A stretch of 64,000 nt of DNA from contig CALDDQ010000015.1 in assembly GCA_937936785.1 (NCBI GenBank), positions 189 through 64,188 on the forward strand, written 5' to 3'. Positions 39,662-50,723 of the stretch are shown here, piece by piece. Each line of letters starts with the position of its first letter. Position 1 is the stretch's first letter. Under the pieces are notes generated by a model. It was not told where the DNA came from. It saw only the letters and a program-made list of their open reading frames with translations, and searched no databases. The translations under genes and the position numbers were made by a program. Origin of the DNA: an uncultured Endomicrobiia bacterium. GTDB lineage: Bacteria > Elusimicrobiota > Endomicrobiia > DTEH01.

Positions 39662-41206
39662 ATGAAGAAAGAAATTATAAAGTTAATATTACTTATGTTA
39701 GTGTTTGTTTTTGGAGTTATAATCACTAATAATTCTATTACTGTTAAAAGTTATAATCACACGTCAGAATATAAATTAGCAAAATATGAGAATATATCTT
39801 CAGATGCTATTTCGCTACAAGAATCTTTTGTAGGAGTAGTGCAGAAGTTAAAACCTACGGTGGTAAATATATCAACCACCTATAGTTATGAAGAGCCACA
39901 GATAGAATTTTTTTTTGGTGATCCGTTTGAAGATTTTTTTAACGAATTTTTTGATTTTCCTCGTCGTCGTAGTCCACAGCGACAAAAACCTCGTTCAAAA
40001 AGGTACAATGTGCAGGGAGGTGGTAGTGGTGTGATAATTTCTGAAGATGGATATATTTTAACAAATGAGCATGTGATAAAAGATGCAACAGAAGTTAAAG
40101 TTTTAGTTAACCAATCCGGTCAGGAAAAAGAATATAAGGCTAAAATAATAGGTCGTGATGCAAGAACGGATCTTGCAATAATAAAGATAAACGCAAAAGG
40201 GTTGGCATATGCAAAACTTGGCGATTCGGACAAGGTAAGAATTGGAGAATGGGTTTTAGCAATAGGATCACCATTTGGATTAGAACAAACAGTAACATCT
40301 GGGATTGTATCTGCATTAAGACAACGGTTAACTATTGAAGGGCGAGAATATCGTGATTTTATACAAACAGATGCTGCAATAAATAGAGGTAATTCTGGTG
40401 GACCATTGTGTAATATAAAAGGTGAAGTGATAGGTATTAACACTGCAATTTATGCTCCTACGGGTGTTTTTGCTGGAATAGGGTTTGCAATTCCTATTAA
40501 TAGAGTAAAACAAATTTTAGACGATTTGATCCACAAAGGTAAGGTTACTCGTGGTTGGTTAGGAGTAGAGATTGCTCCTGTGGATAACGTAATTGCAAAA
40601 CAGTTTGGTTTAACAGATGCCAAAGGAGTTTTGATTAATAGTGTAATGCCGAATACTCCAGCACAAAAAGCAGGGTTAAAACGAGGAGATATTGTGTTAG
40701 AAATAGAACATAAAAATAAAAAAGTTCAAGTGAATTCTCCATCAGAGATGCAGGATATTATATCATCTTTAGCACCGAAAGAAAAAATTGTATTAAAAAT
40801 TCTTAGAGACAAAAAGGAACAATTTATTTCAGTAGTTTTATCTGAGATGCCACAAGATTTGACAAAATTGGAAGAAGGAAGTAGTTTAGATGATCAAGAA
40901 GCAAAAAAAGATGAAAGACATAGTTGGTTAGGACATCAATTTATTAATTTAACTTCGGGATTAAGAAAAAGATTAAATTTATCTGAAGAAATAAAGGGTG
41001 TTTATGTAGTAGCAATAGACCGGAAGGCAAAAGAGTTTGAAGACATAGGTTTACGTGAGGAGGATGTTATAATATCAGTTAACCAACGCGAAACAGATAA
41101 TATAGCGAAACTGAAAAATGTTTTAAAGACAGTAGATTTGAAAGAAGGGGTTGTGTTTGACATAATTCGTGATGGTAAACCGATCTTTATTTCCTTTAGT
41201 AAATAA
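39662..41206 (+). CDS. Do/DegP/DegQ family serine endoprotease with two PDZ domains
   Basis: GSGVII, TNEHV, DLAII, IQTDAAINRGNSGGPL, RGWLGV. Confidence 0.95.
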   Translation: MKKEIIKLILLMLVFVFGVIITNNSITVKSYNHTSEYKLAKYENISSDAISLQESFVGVVQKLKPTVVNISTTYSYEEPQIEFFFGDPFEDFFNEFFDFPRRRSPQRQKPRSKRYNVQGGGSGVIISEDGYILTNEHVIKDATEVKVLVNQSGQEKEYKAKIIGRDARTDLAIIKINAKGLAYAKLGDSDKVRIGEWVLAIGSPFGLEQTVTSGIVSALRQRLTIEGREYRDFIQTDAAINRGNSGGPLCNIKGEVIGINTAIYAPTGVFAGIGFAIPINRVKQILDDLIHKGKVTRGWLGVEIAPVDNVIAKQFGLTDAKGVLINSVMPNTPAQKAGLKRGDIVLEIEHKNKKVQVNSPSEMQDIISSLAPKEKIVLKILRDKKEQFISVVLSEMPQDLTKLEEGSSLDDQEAKKDERHSWLGHQFINLTSGLRKRLNLSEEIKGVYVVAIDRKAKEFEDIGLREEDVIISVNQRETDNIAKLKNVLKTVDLKEGVVFDIIRDGKPIFISFSK

Positions 41207-41211
41207 AATTT

Positions 41212-42138
41212 ATGGCAAAAGTATTGGTTATAGATGACGATTTGGATTTACAAGATTTGTATAAGTTTACATTTGAATCTGCTGGGCATGAGATATATCA
41301 AGCATTTAATGGTAAAGAAGGTCTTGAAAAGATTGAAAAAACAAATCCTGACATAATAATTTTAGATGTTATAATGCCTGAGATGAACGGTTTTGAAGTG
41401 ATGCAGGAGATAAGATTACGACCTGAAATGTGTTTAATACCAGTCATAATGTTGACATCATTATCAAAAGCAAAAGATAAGTTAACAGGTATAAAATTAG
41501 GTGCAGATGATTATTTAGTGAAACCACTTGAACCATATGAACTTTTATCTCGTGTTGATGAATTATTAAAAAGGTATTATGACACTTTAATATCGTCTTC
41601 ATTAACTCATTTACCAGGTAGAACAAAATTAGAATCGGAAATAAAGATTAAAATAGACAAAAAAAGTAATTTTTCAATAATTTATATGGACATTAACAAT
41701 TTTAAACAATATAATGCTAGGTATGGTTATGAATCTGGTGACAAAGTATTAAAATTATTAGCAGGTACTCTACGTTCACTTGTTACTTCTTATGGTAATA
41801 CCAACGATTTTATCTCACATATAGGTGCAGATAATTTTGTTATATTATCTACTAAAGAACAAGCAGAAGAAATAGGTAAAAATTTAATAAATTTATTTAA
41901 CGAGTTAGTAAAAAAATCTTATGATCAAGAAACTTTAAATAAAGGTTATTTTGTTGTAAATAACAAAGATGGTTCTGAAGAAAAAGTTGGTTTGATGACT
42001 TTGTCCATTGGTATTGCTCACATAGACACAAGAATATTTCAACATCAGACACAAGTTTTAGATTATATAAAAGAAGTTTGGTTAGCTGCAAAAAAGCAGA
42101 GTAATATTAACAACCAAAACGCTTTAGCAGTAGCATAG
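41212..42138 (+). CDS. Response regulator with a degenerate GGDEF domain
   Basis: REC (VIDDD, LDVIMP, KP) plus GGDEF-like domain with HIGADNF and DINNFKQYNA. Confidence 0.85.
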   Translation: MAKVLVIDDDLDLQDLYKFTFESAGHEIYQAFNGKEGLEKIEKTNPDIIILDVIMPEMNGFEVMQEIRLRPEMCLIPVIMLTSLSKAKDKLTGIKLGADDYLVKPLEPYELLSRVDELLKRYYDTLISSSLTHLPGRTKLESEIKIKIDKKSNFSIIYMDINNFKQYNARYGYESGDKVLKLLAGTLRSLVTSYGNTNDFISHIGADNFVILSTKEQAEEIGKNLINLFNELVKKSYDQETLNKGYFVVNNKDGSEEKVGLMTLSIGIAHIDTRIFQHQTQVLDYIKEVWLAAKKQSNINNQNALAVA

Positions 42139-42140
42139 GT

Positions 42141-43742
42141 TTATCTCAAAAAAAATAACAATACTCCAACTATAATTCCGATTGATAAAAAAGTAGCAAG
42201 CAAATTTCCTGTAATGTTACGATTTTTTTCTTCTTTAACAGCAAGTTTTTTTAATTCTTCTTTTTCTTCTTTTGTAAGTTTTTTAACCAGTTCTACTTGT
42301 TCAACAAGTTTAGTTTCGTTTCCTGAATGATCCTTTGAGATAAAAGTTATGTTATTTATACCTAATTTTAAAACTATAGAAGTAAAAAATTTTCCATCAG
42401 GTTCAACTTCTATAATTCTATCATTAACCTTTAATGTTGCACTGGATTCTGTAATTCCTGTGATATTAAAAAGTTCAGTATCTGTTTTTGTTCCAGAAGA
42501 AATATTTACTTGGAGCATAGGTGGAGTGGTGTCAAGAACAAAACTTTTTATTGCGGAATCACTTTCAAACCCAAGTTCATCAATGTAAGATATTTTGTAA
42601 AAATATTTTCCATCTGGAATCCCAATTTTTGTTAAATCCATAGACAAACGTCCATCAGCAGACAATTCTTTTGTTTCATCATAAACAATACGTTTAAATT
42701 CTGGATCTTTTGATACTAAGATTCTATATTTTTTTATTATTTTTCCAATAGTTTTGGGTTTAGTTTTTTTTGTGTCAATTTCCTGGTATGAAGTTTGGAA
42801 TGAAAGTTTAGATTGTTCTTGTAAATCAGATTTTGTCTTTAGTGGGATAGATTCAGTTGTTGGTATTAATTTTTGTGGTTCAATTAAAGAAATTTGTAGT
42901 TGAGAATTTTTATTGTTTAGTATTAATTCATTATTCTCTGAAATCTTTATATTAGGAATATTATATATAGCCAATTCTGGCGGAGGAGGTAATTCTTTTG
43001 GTACCGAAGGTGGCGATAGAGGTTTAATTTCTGTCCCGAACCCTTTAGGAACAACAACAGTTTTCCCTTGAGCAGAAACATCGACTAATCCTTCATAAAC
43101 TTCTACTAAAGTAGTTTTGTCATCTTTAATTTTAGTTTTATAATCAATCTTTTTTGTATTAGGATCAGCTTTAGGTGTTATGGTAGCATTTTCTGTTATA
43201 ACTTTAGCTTTTGAAGCACGAACACCACCTTGTAAAAGAGTTACTTCTTCTTGTTTTAGTTCAGGGCGTATGGTGATAAAAGAATTTTCTTCTACAGTTA
43301 AAATTTCTCCGGAAAAAAATTTAATATTAGCACGAGATTTATCTTGTGTTATTAAAGAATCGTCATTGTATAGTTCCATATTAATTTTAGCATCTATCCA
43401 GTCAGAAAAATCTTTTTTTCTAGTTTTTACTTTGTTTAAAATATATGTTAAATGTGCAGGACGAAATTTTTCTTTAACTAAGATAATAGGAACTTTAAGT
43501 TTTATTCCTGGTAGAGGAGCATAAATGTCGCTAGTAGTAAGTGTGTTATATTTTAATAATTCAGGCCATAGTTTAGGATCTTTTAAATAATAATTTGATA
43601 TATAAGATAAAGTTTGACCTTCTTTTACTTCAATTTCTTGCAGAATAATTTCGTGTTCTTCAGATTCTTGTATAATATTTTGAGCATATAAAATGTTTGA
43701 AAATATAAAAACAAAAATCAGAAATAATATATTAAGTTTCAT
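42141..43742 (-). CDS. Exported LysM + FecR + Ig-like protein with C-terminal membrane anchor
   Basis: Signal peptide; VKEGQTLSYIS..YL.DP.LWPELL..N (LysM); D.L.T...SRA.I.F..G..L.V.ENS and VEVYEG.V.V (FecR); DTTPP.L Ig domain; C-terminal TM. Confidence 0.75.
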   Translation of the reverse strand: MKLNILFLIFVFIFSNILYAQNIIQESEEHEIILQEIEVKEGQTLSYISNYYLKDPKLWPELLKYNTLTTSDIYAPLPGIKLKVPIILVKEKFRPAHLTYILNKVKTRKKDFSDWIDAKINMELYNDDSLITQDKSRANIKFFSGEILTVEENSFITIRPELKQEEVTLLQGGVRASKAKVITENATITPKADPNTKKIDYKTKIKDDKTTLVEVYEGLVDVSAQGKTVVVPKGFGTEIKPLSPPSVPKELPPPPELAIYNIPNIKISENNELILNNKNSQLQISLIEPQKLIPTTESIPLKTKSDLQEQSKLSFQTSYQEIDTKKTKPKTIGKIIKKYRILVSKDPEFKRIVYDETKELSADGRLSMDLTKIGIPDGKYFYKISYIDELGFESDSAIKSFVLDTTPPMLQVNISSGTKTDTELFNITGITESSATLKVNDRIIEVEPDGKFFTSIVLKLGINNITFISKDHSGNETKLVEQVELVKKLTKEEKEELKKLAVKEEKNRNITGNLLATFLSIGIIVGVLLFFLR

Positions 43743-45844
43743 GATAGATCTTTTGGTATATAAAAAATAAATTTAGCTCCTTCACCTAAATTTGACTCGA
43801 CCCATATTTTACCACCATGAGCTTCAATAACATGTTTACAAATTGTTAATCCCAGCCCTGTTCCTCCCTTGGATTTATTTTTAACCTGACCAAACTTTTC
43901 AAAAATAGTTTTTAAATGTTCTGCAGGGATACCTTCGCCAGTATCTTTTACATATAATAAATATTTTTTATCTTGTTCTTCAGCACCTATTGTAATTTTA
44001 CCATTTTCTGGTGTAAACTTTATCGCATTACCTATCAAATTTATAAAAACCCGTTCAATAAAATTTGTGTCAATTTTCATAAAAATCTCTTGTTTGTTTG
44101 ATACAATTTCAACACTAATTTTTTTACGTTCATATTGAGGTTGTGTTATATCTAGAACTGACTTAATAATCTTTATAATATCAGCAGAAACAAGATTTAA
44201 TTCCATTTTACCTGCTTCAAGTTTTGCTATGTCTAATATATCATTTATCATACCGAGTAATCTAAAAGAAGCACGGTCCATGGTTTCTAACATTTTTTTT
44301 TGTTGAGGGTTGAGTTCACCTGCTACCCCGTCAGATAAAAATTTTATAAAACCGCGAATAGATGTCATAGGATTTCTTAAATCATGAGTTATAGAATGTA
44401 AAAAGTCGTCTTTAATTTTTTCTAATTCTTTTTCTAAAGTTATATCATGTAGCACAGAAACAATACCAATTTTTTCTCCTTTTAAAGTTGTAACTGGTGT
44501 TGCAGAGGTTTCATAAATTTTTGTAAAGTTAGATTGTGATATATTAAGTTCAAAAAAAGTGTTTGGATTTTTTATTGCGGATTGTATTACTTCATTAACT
44601 TCTTTTGGTAATAAATTTTTAATATTTTTATTTTCAGGTTGTTGATTTGTAAGATTTAAAATACTTTTTGCTTTGTTGTTGATAAGAATAATTTCACCTT
44701 CGTGATTAGTTAAAATTATACCATCCTGGATTGAAAAAATTATTGCTTCAGTTTTAGTTTTTTCAGCAATAAGTTTATCAAGTTGAATCTCTGCATATTT
44801 ATTAAGTTTTTGTGCCATGTTGTTAAAAGTTTCACCTAAAATCTCAAGTTCATCTCTGGTTTTTATATTTAATGAAACATTAAAGTTTCCTGAAGAAACA
44901 GTTTTTGCAGCATCAATAATTTTTAGTATTGGTTGTGTAATTCCAGTCGCTATAAAAAATGATATTAAAGCAGAAAGAATAATTGCAAGCAAAATTAGTT
45001 GAGTAACTTGTTGAGATAGTATTATTGAAGACCGATAAGCTTCTTTTTTTTCTTGTTGTAGAATTGCTACCCAGTTAATTATAGGAATAGAAACATAAGC
45101 AGCAATATATTCCTGCCCATTATATTTAAATTCTTTAGAACCAGTAGTTAAAGATTTTGATGCAATGTCAACTAAAGGGTTGGCAGATAACGTATTTCTA
45201 ACTTCAGAGTTTGTTGAGTTGGTATAAATAAGTGATTTATCTTCAATGTCAAATATTGAAACAAAACCAGTATGTCCAACACGTTCATTAGAAAGTTGTT
45301 TAAACAGAGGTTCTAAAGTTAGTGTTATGCATATATAAAAATTTTTTTCTTTATAAAAACCATCAATTTTATTAGAATTCTCAGAATAATACATTTTAGA
45401 CAAAAAATATTTTTGGTTTGATATGGCAAATTTTTTAAAAAATTCATCATTAGAAAAATTTCGCAATTTAGGTTCTTTGAGCAAATCAGGGTTGTAAATT
45501 TTAGTTTTTTCTTTTCCTGAGAGATCTAAAATTGATATCGAAACTATATTTTTGTTAGTATCAATTAATGATTCTAAAATATTTTGTTTATTCTCCCAGG
45601 ACATATCTGTTCTTGATATTGTATTTTGTATAAATGGTAACGATTTTGATAAAGAGTCGAAATGATTTTGTATTTTTGTTGCGATATTTGTTACAGTTTT
45701 TGTATGCAGTTCAAGATAAACTGTTTGTAATGCATTTTTATTAATTTTTGAGGTTTGTATGTTTATGATTATTAAAGGAACTGTAGATAAAGTTATTAGA
45801 ATAATTACAAATTTTTGAAAAAAAGGAAGGTATATTTTTTTCAT
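43739..45844 (-). CDS. Sensor histidine kinase (Cache-HAMP-PAS-HisKA-HATPase)
   Basis: 2 TM, DELEILGETFNNM HAMP, THDLRNPMTSI, NLIGNAIKFT, DTGEGI, GTGLGL. Confidence 0.93.
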   Translation of the reverse strand: MKKIYLPFFQKFVIILITLSTVPLIIINIQTSKINKNALQTVYLELHTKTVTNIATKIQNHFDSLSKSLPFIQNTISRTDMSWENKQNILESLIDTNKNIVSISILDLSGKEKTKIYNPDLLKEPKLRNFSNDEFFKKFAISNQKYFLSKMYYSENSNKIDGFYKEKNFYICITLTLEPLFKQLSNERVGHTGFVSIFDIEDKSLIYTNSTNSEVRNTLSANPLVDIASKSLTTGSKEFKYNGQEYIAAYVSIPIINWVAILQQEKKEAYRSSIILSQQVTQLILLAIILSALISFFIATGITQPILKIIDAAKTVSSGNFNVSLNIKTRDELEILGETFNNMAQKLNKYAEIQLDKLIAEKTKTEAIIFSIQDGIILTNHEGEIILINNKAKSILNLTNQQPENKNIKNLLPKEVNEVIQSAIKNPNTFFELNISQSNFTKIYETSATPVTTLKGEKIGIVSVLHDITLEKELEKIKDDFLHSITHDLRNPMTSIRGFIKFLSDGVAGELNPQQKKMLETMDRASFRLLGMINDILDIAKLEAGKMELNLVSADIIKIIKSVLDITQPQYERKKISVEIVSNKQEIFMKIDTNFIERVFINLIGNAIKFTPENGKITIGAEEQDKKYLLYVKDTGEGIPAEHLKTIFEKFGQVKNKSKGGTGLGLTICKHVIEAHGGKIWVESNLGEGAKFIFYIPKDLS

Positions 45845-45854
45845 TTATAAGAAA

Positions 45855-47172
<1,318 letters not shown>

Positions 47173-47192
47173 TAATTGGATATTAAAAATTT

Positions 47193-48761
47193 GTGAAAAA
47201 AATTTTGTTATGTATATTTATTTTGTTTATAAGATACAATTTAATTTCAGAAGAAAATTTTTTTGCAACGAAACCATTTTCTATGGGCAATGCATATACG
47301 GCTGTTAGTGGAGATATATTTTCGTTGTATTACAATCCTGCTGGAATAGCATCTTCGCAGAATATTTTTTTTAATTTAGACATAGGTGGTGGGTATAATT
47401 TTAGTGGAGGAATATTATATAACATAAATGAGATAATTTCTATTTCAGAAAAATTTTCAAAATTATCCCAAATTCAAACATATGGTGGTAGTATAGATAT
47501 AACTCAACTTACAGCATTGTTTTATGCGATAAAAAATTTAAATGACATATCATTACCTGGAAAAGGCATTATTGCAAAATTAAATGGTGGTGTTGGTATT
47601 AAAATAAGAAATTATGGTTTTAGTGTGCGTAATTATACTGTTTTAGGATTAAAGCCAACCCTGGATACAGGATTTTATTTAGGCAATATGACACTGAACA
47701 CAATTAATTTTGTAAAATCAATAAATTTTCCTACAGAAATTGGTGGAGTTTATATTTCTAATATTTCCACAGGTCCTGTTACAGATCCTGATTTGGTTGA
47801 AATACAAAGTAAATTAAAAGATGTTGTGGATACATTTTTAGACACAAAATTGTTAAAAGATTTTGGTATATCTATACCTTCGGACATTTCTTCAGACCAG
47901 ATTGCAAATGCACTAATAAATGTTGCGTTAGAAAACGGAATTTCAGCACAAGAAATTAAAGATGCAGTAAAAAAACTTACAGATAAAGATTTTCAAGACA
48001 AAATAAAAAAGTTTATAGAAGATTATCTGTCAGATTTAAAAAAACAATTTTTTTCTGATAACAAAAGTGGTTTATTAGTTCAAGGGTTAAATATTACTGA
48101 ATTAAGTTTAACTTATGCAAGAGAACTTTTTTTTCCTAATTTATATATTGGTACAAATTTAAAATATTTGTTAGGATCTACAATATATTATAACTACTTA
48201 ATTTTTAAAGAGACAAAAAAGTTAGATTTTTCTAATATGGCAGAATTAAAAGATAGAATAACAAAAAAATCAAACGCGGTTTCTGTAGATTTAGGAGCAA
48301 TTTATCAGTTACCTATCAAAATAAAACCAATAAAAACTAAATTAGGAATAGTAGTTAACAACTTGGTAGAACCTGAGTTTGAACTTGCAGATTCAGAAAA
48401 TAAATTAAATCTACCACGAAAGTTAAAAACAGGTTTTTCTGCAGAAATGTTTAAACTGTTAACTTTTTCTGCAGATTTTGATATTACAAAGACAAAAACT
48501 TTAATTCCAGGATATTATAATCAAAATTTATGTTTTGGATTAGAAGTTAACCCAACAACATTTTTTGTTTTACGGGCAGGATTTATAAAAAATATTGCTA
48601 TGATAAGAGATGAAACAATTACTGCAGGTTTAGGATTAAAACTTTTTGGCCTAAATATAGATTTAGCAACAGCAGCAAGTTCTACAAATGTGTATTTAGA
48701 TGAAACAGTTCTTGTGCCAAGTAGTGCATTTGTATCATTAGGTGTAAATTTCGGTTTTTAA
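47193..48761 (+). CDS. Outer-membrane beta-barrel of the TraF_2/PorV/FadL-like superfamily with a large helical insertion
   Basis: Signal peptide; SMGNAYTAV.GD...LYYNPAG N-terminal motif; C-terminal amphipathic strands ending in F. Confidence 0.65.
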   Translation: MKKILLCIFILFIRYNLISEENFFATKPFSMGNAYTAVSGDIFSLYYNPAGIASSQNIFFNLDIGGGYNFSGGILYNINEIISISEKFSKLSQIQTYGGSIDITQLTALFYAIKNLNDISLPGKGIIAKLNGGVGIKIRNYGFSVRNYTVLGLKPTLDTGFYLGNMTLNTINFVKSINFPTEIGGVYISNISTGPVTDPDLVEIQSKLKDVVDTFLDTKLLKDFGISIPSDISSDQIANALINVALENGISAQEIKDAVKKLTDKDFQDKIKKFIEDYLSDLKKQFFSDNKSGLLVQGLNITELSLTYARELFFPNLYIGTNLKYLLGSTIYYNYLIFKETKKLDFSNMAELKDRITKKSNAVSVDLGAIYQLPIKIKPIKTKLGIVVNNLVEPEFELADSENKLNLPRKLKTGFSAEMFKLLTFSADFDITKTKTLIPGYYNQNLCFGLEVNPTTFFVLRAGFIKNIAMIRDETITAGLGLKLFGLNIDLATAASSTNVYLDETVLVPSSAFVSLGVNFGF

Positions 48762-48781
48762 ATAATACAATATATAATAAT

Positions 48782-49558
48782 ATGCTGAAGACAAATAGAA
48801 ATAAACTAATAAAAATTATTTTTATACTTGTGGCAATTAACAATTTTTTTTGTTTAGACATAATTTTTTCACAAAGAATATTTTCAAAACAAAATATTCG
48901 GGATAAAAAAATGTTTAGTAGTAAAAATAATTTTTTTGAGTTAAGAAAACAGATGGTAGAACAACAGCTCAAAGGTAGAGATATAGTAGATAAAAAAGTT
49001 TTAGATGCTATGATGAAGGTGGAGAGGCATAGGTTTGTTTTAGAAAAATATTTGTCTGATGCGTATGATGATACGCCGTTACCAATAGGTTTTGGACAAA
49101 CAATATCGCAACCGTATATTGTAGCACTAATGACACAGCTATTAGAATTAAAAGGCGATGAAAAAGTTTTAGAGATTGGCACTGGTTCAGGTTATCAAGC
49201 AGCAATTTTGGCTGAGCTTGTGGGCAGTGTTTATAGTATAGAAATTATTCCTGAACTTGGACAAAAGGCAGAGTCGTTGTTGAAAGATCTTGGATATAAA
49301 AATGTTTTTATAAAAATAGGAGATGGTTATTTAGGTTGGCCACAAGAAAGTCCTTTTGATAGGATAATAGTAACATGTGCTCCTGATCATATCCCTGGTC
49401 CGTTGATAGAACAATTAAAAGTTGGTGGTAAAATAGTTATACCTGTAGGTGTTTATGTACAGGAACTTGTTGTGGTAGAAAAAACAAAAGACAAAATTGT
49501 TAAAAGAAGTATTATCCCAGTTAGTTTTGTTCCTATGAAACGCAATGTTGTGGAATAA
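48782..49558 (+). CDS. pcm: Protein-L-isoaspartate O-methyltransferase
   Basis: RHRFV, PLPIGFGQTISQPYIVA, VLEIGTGSGYQAA, GDGY.GW; alternative start at 48911. Confidence 0.93.
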   Translation: MLKTNRNKLIKIIFILVAINNFFCLDIIFSQRIFSKQNIRDKKMFSSKNNFFELRKQMVEQQLKGRDIVDKKVLDAMMKVERHRFVLEKYLSDAYDDTPLPIGFGQTISQPYIVALMTQLLELKGDEKVLEIGTGSGYQAAILAELVGSVYSIEIIPELGQKAESLLKDLGYKNVFIKIGDGYLGWPQESPFDRIIVTCAPDHIPGPLIEQLKVGGKIVIPVGVYVQELVVVEKTKDKIVKRSIIPVSFVPMKRNVVE

Positions 49559-49569
49559 AAAGTTAAAAA

Positions 49570-50604
49570 ATGAAAATTATAGATTTGACAGAGAAAATAA
49601 GAAGTGATAATTTTATAGAAGAAAAAATTTTATCTGCAGTTTGTGCAATTAAGAGTGGAGGTTTAGTTATTTTTCCTACTGAGACAGTTTATGGTCTTGG
49701 TGCGGATTGTTTTAACAAAACAGCAGTAAAAAAAATATTTATTACCAAAAAAAGACCGTTTAACGATCCGTTAATTGTTCATATTAGTGACAAAAAACAG
49801 TTGTTTTTATTAACAGAAAAAGTTGATCAAAGAGTTAAGTCGCTTATAGAAAATTTTTGGCCTGGACCGTTGAGTATAGTTGTCAAAAAAACTTCGTTAG
49901 TGCCAGATATAGTTACTGCTGGAAAAGATACGGTATGTATTCGTATGCCAAAAAACGTTGTTGCAAAAAAGTTTATACAAATGTGTCAAACTCCAATTGC
50001 AGCGCCTTCTGCAAACCTTTTTAGTAGGGTTTCTTCCACTCATATAGATCATATTGTAAAAGATTTTTCTGATACTAAAAATATTGATTATGTAATATAT
50101 GATGGATATTCGTTTTACGGTATGGAATCAACGATTATAGATTGCACAGAATATCCATTCAAAGTTTTAAGATATGGTAGTATACCAATTTTTAAAATAA
50201 AAGAAAAAACTAAATTAATAATAAAAGAAAAAAACTTGTTCAAAAAAACAGAAATAAAAGTTCCCGGAATGTTTAAAAAACATTATGCACCCAGTAAAGA
50301 AACATTTTTAGCCAGAAATATCTTTAAATATGTCAAGGAACAAAAAGATGAATGTATAGAAAAAGTTATGATTATATGTAGTGATAACACACAAAAAAAG
50401 TTGTTAAACCAATTTGGTTTTAACATAAAAATTTTGTCTTATGGAAATAATTTTTCACAAATTGCAAAAAAATTATATTATATTTTACGTCTTGCTGAAC
50501 AATCTATGTGTGAAAAAATTGTTATAGAACCTGTTGCCAATAGAGGACTGGGAAAAACTATTTTGGATAGAATAATTAGAGCAAGTGAAGGTAAATTTGT
50601 TTAG
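49570..50604 (+). CDS. sua5: Sua5/TsaC threonylcarbamoyl-AMP synthase
   Basis: FPTETVYGLGAD, KRP..DPLIVH, FWPGPL, AAPSAN, HYAP plus Sua5 domain. Confidence 0.93.
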   Translation: MKIIDLTEKIRSDNFIEEKILSAVCAIKSGGLVIFPTETVYGLGADCFNKTAVKKIFITKKRPFNDPLIVHISDKKQLFLLTEKVDQRVKSLIENFWPGPLSIVVKKTSLVPDIVTAGKDTVCIRMPKNVVAKKFIQMCQTPIAAPSANLFSRVSSTHIDHIVKDFSDTKNIDYVIYDGYSFYGMESTIIDCTEYPFKVLRYGSIPIFKIKEKTKLIIKEKNLFKKTEIKVPGMFKKHYAPSKETFLARNIFKYVKEQKDECIEKVMIICSDNTQKKLLNQFGFNIKILSYGNNFSQIAKKLYYILRLAEQSMCEKIVIEPVANRGLGKTILDRIIRASEGKFV

Positions 50605-50688
50605 AAAACATAGTTTGGAAACATTTTATTTTAATAAATTAAAACTTTTCAACAACAATAAAAATATTTTATATTTTAAGCAATTATA

Positions 50689-50717
50689 TTGACATTTGTA
50701 GTATGATTTTATAGAAA
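50689..50717 (+). promoter_or_regulatory. Candidate sigma70 promoter for pilM (leaderless geometry)
   Basis: TTGACA-17bp-TAGAAA; ATG 6 nt downstream. Confidence 0.5.
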
Positions 50718-50723
50718 CAAAGT

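Noticed and set aside
41212-42138. REC-GGDEF or the CBM48-DGC as a Hypr-type cGAMP synthase
   Set aside because: Both keep Asp at the specificity position (SGDKVL, AGDLIL) rather than Ser/Thr, and the REC-GGDEF active site is degenerate
47193-48761. TraF-like gene as evidence of conjugation
   Set aside because: This barrel family occurs outside conjugative loci; no relaxase, VirB4 or coupling protein in the window; flanked by purA and pcm
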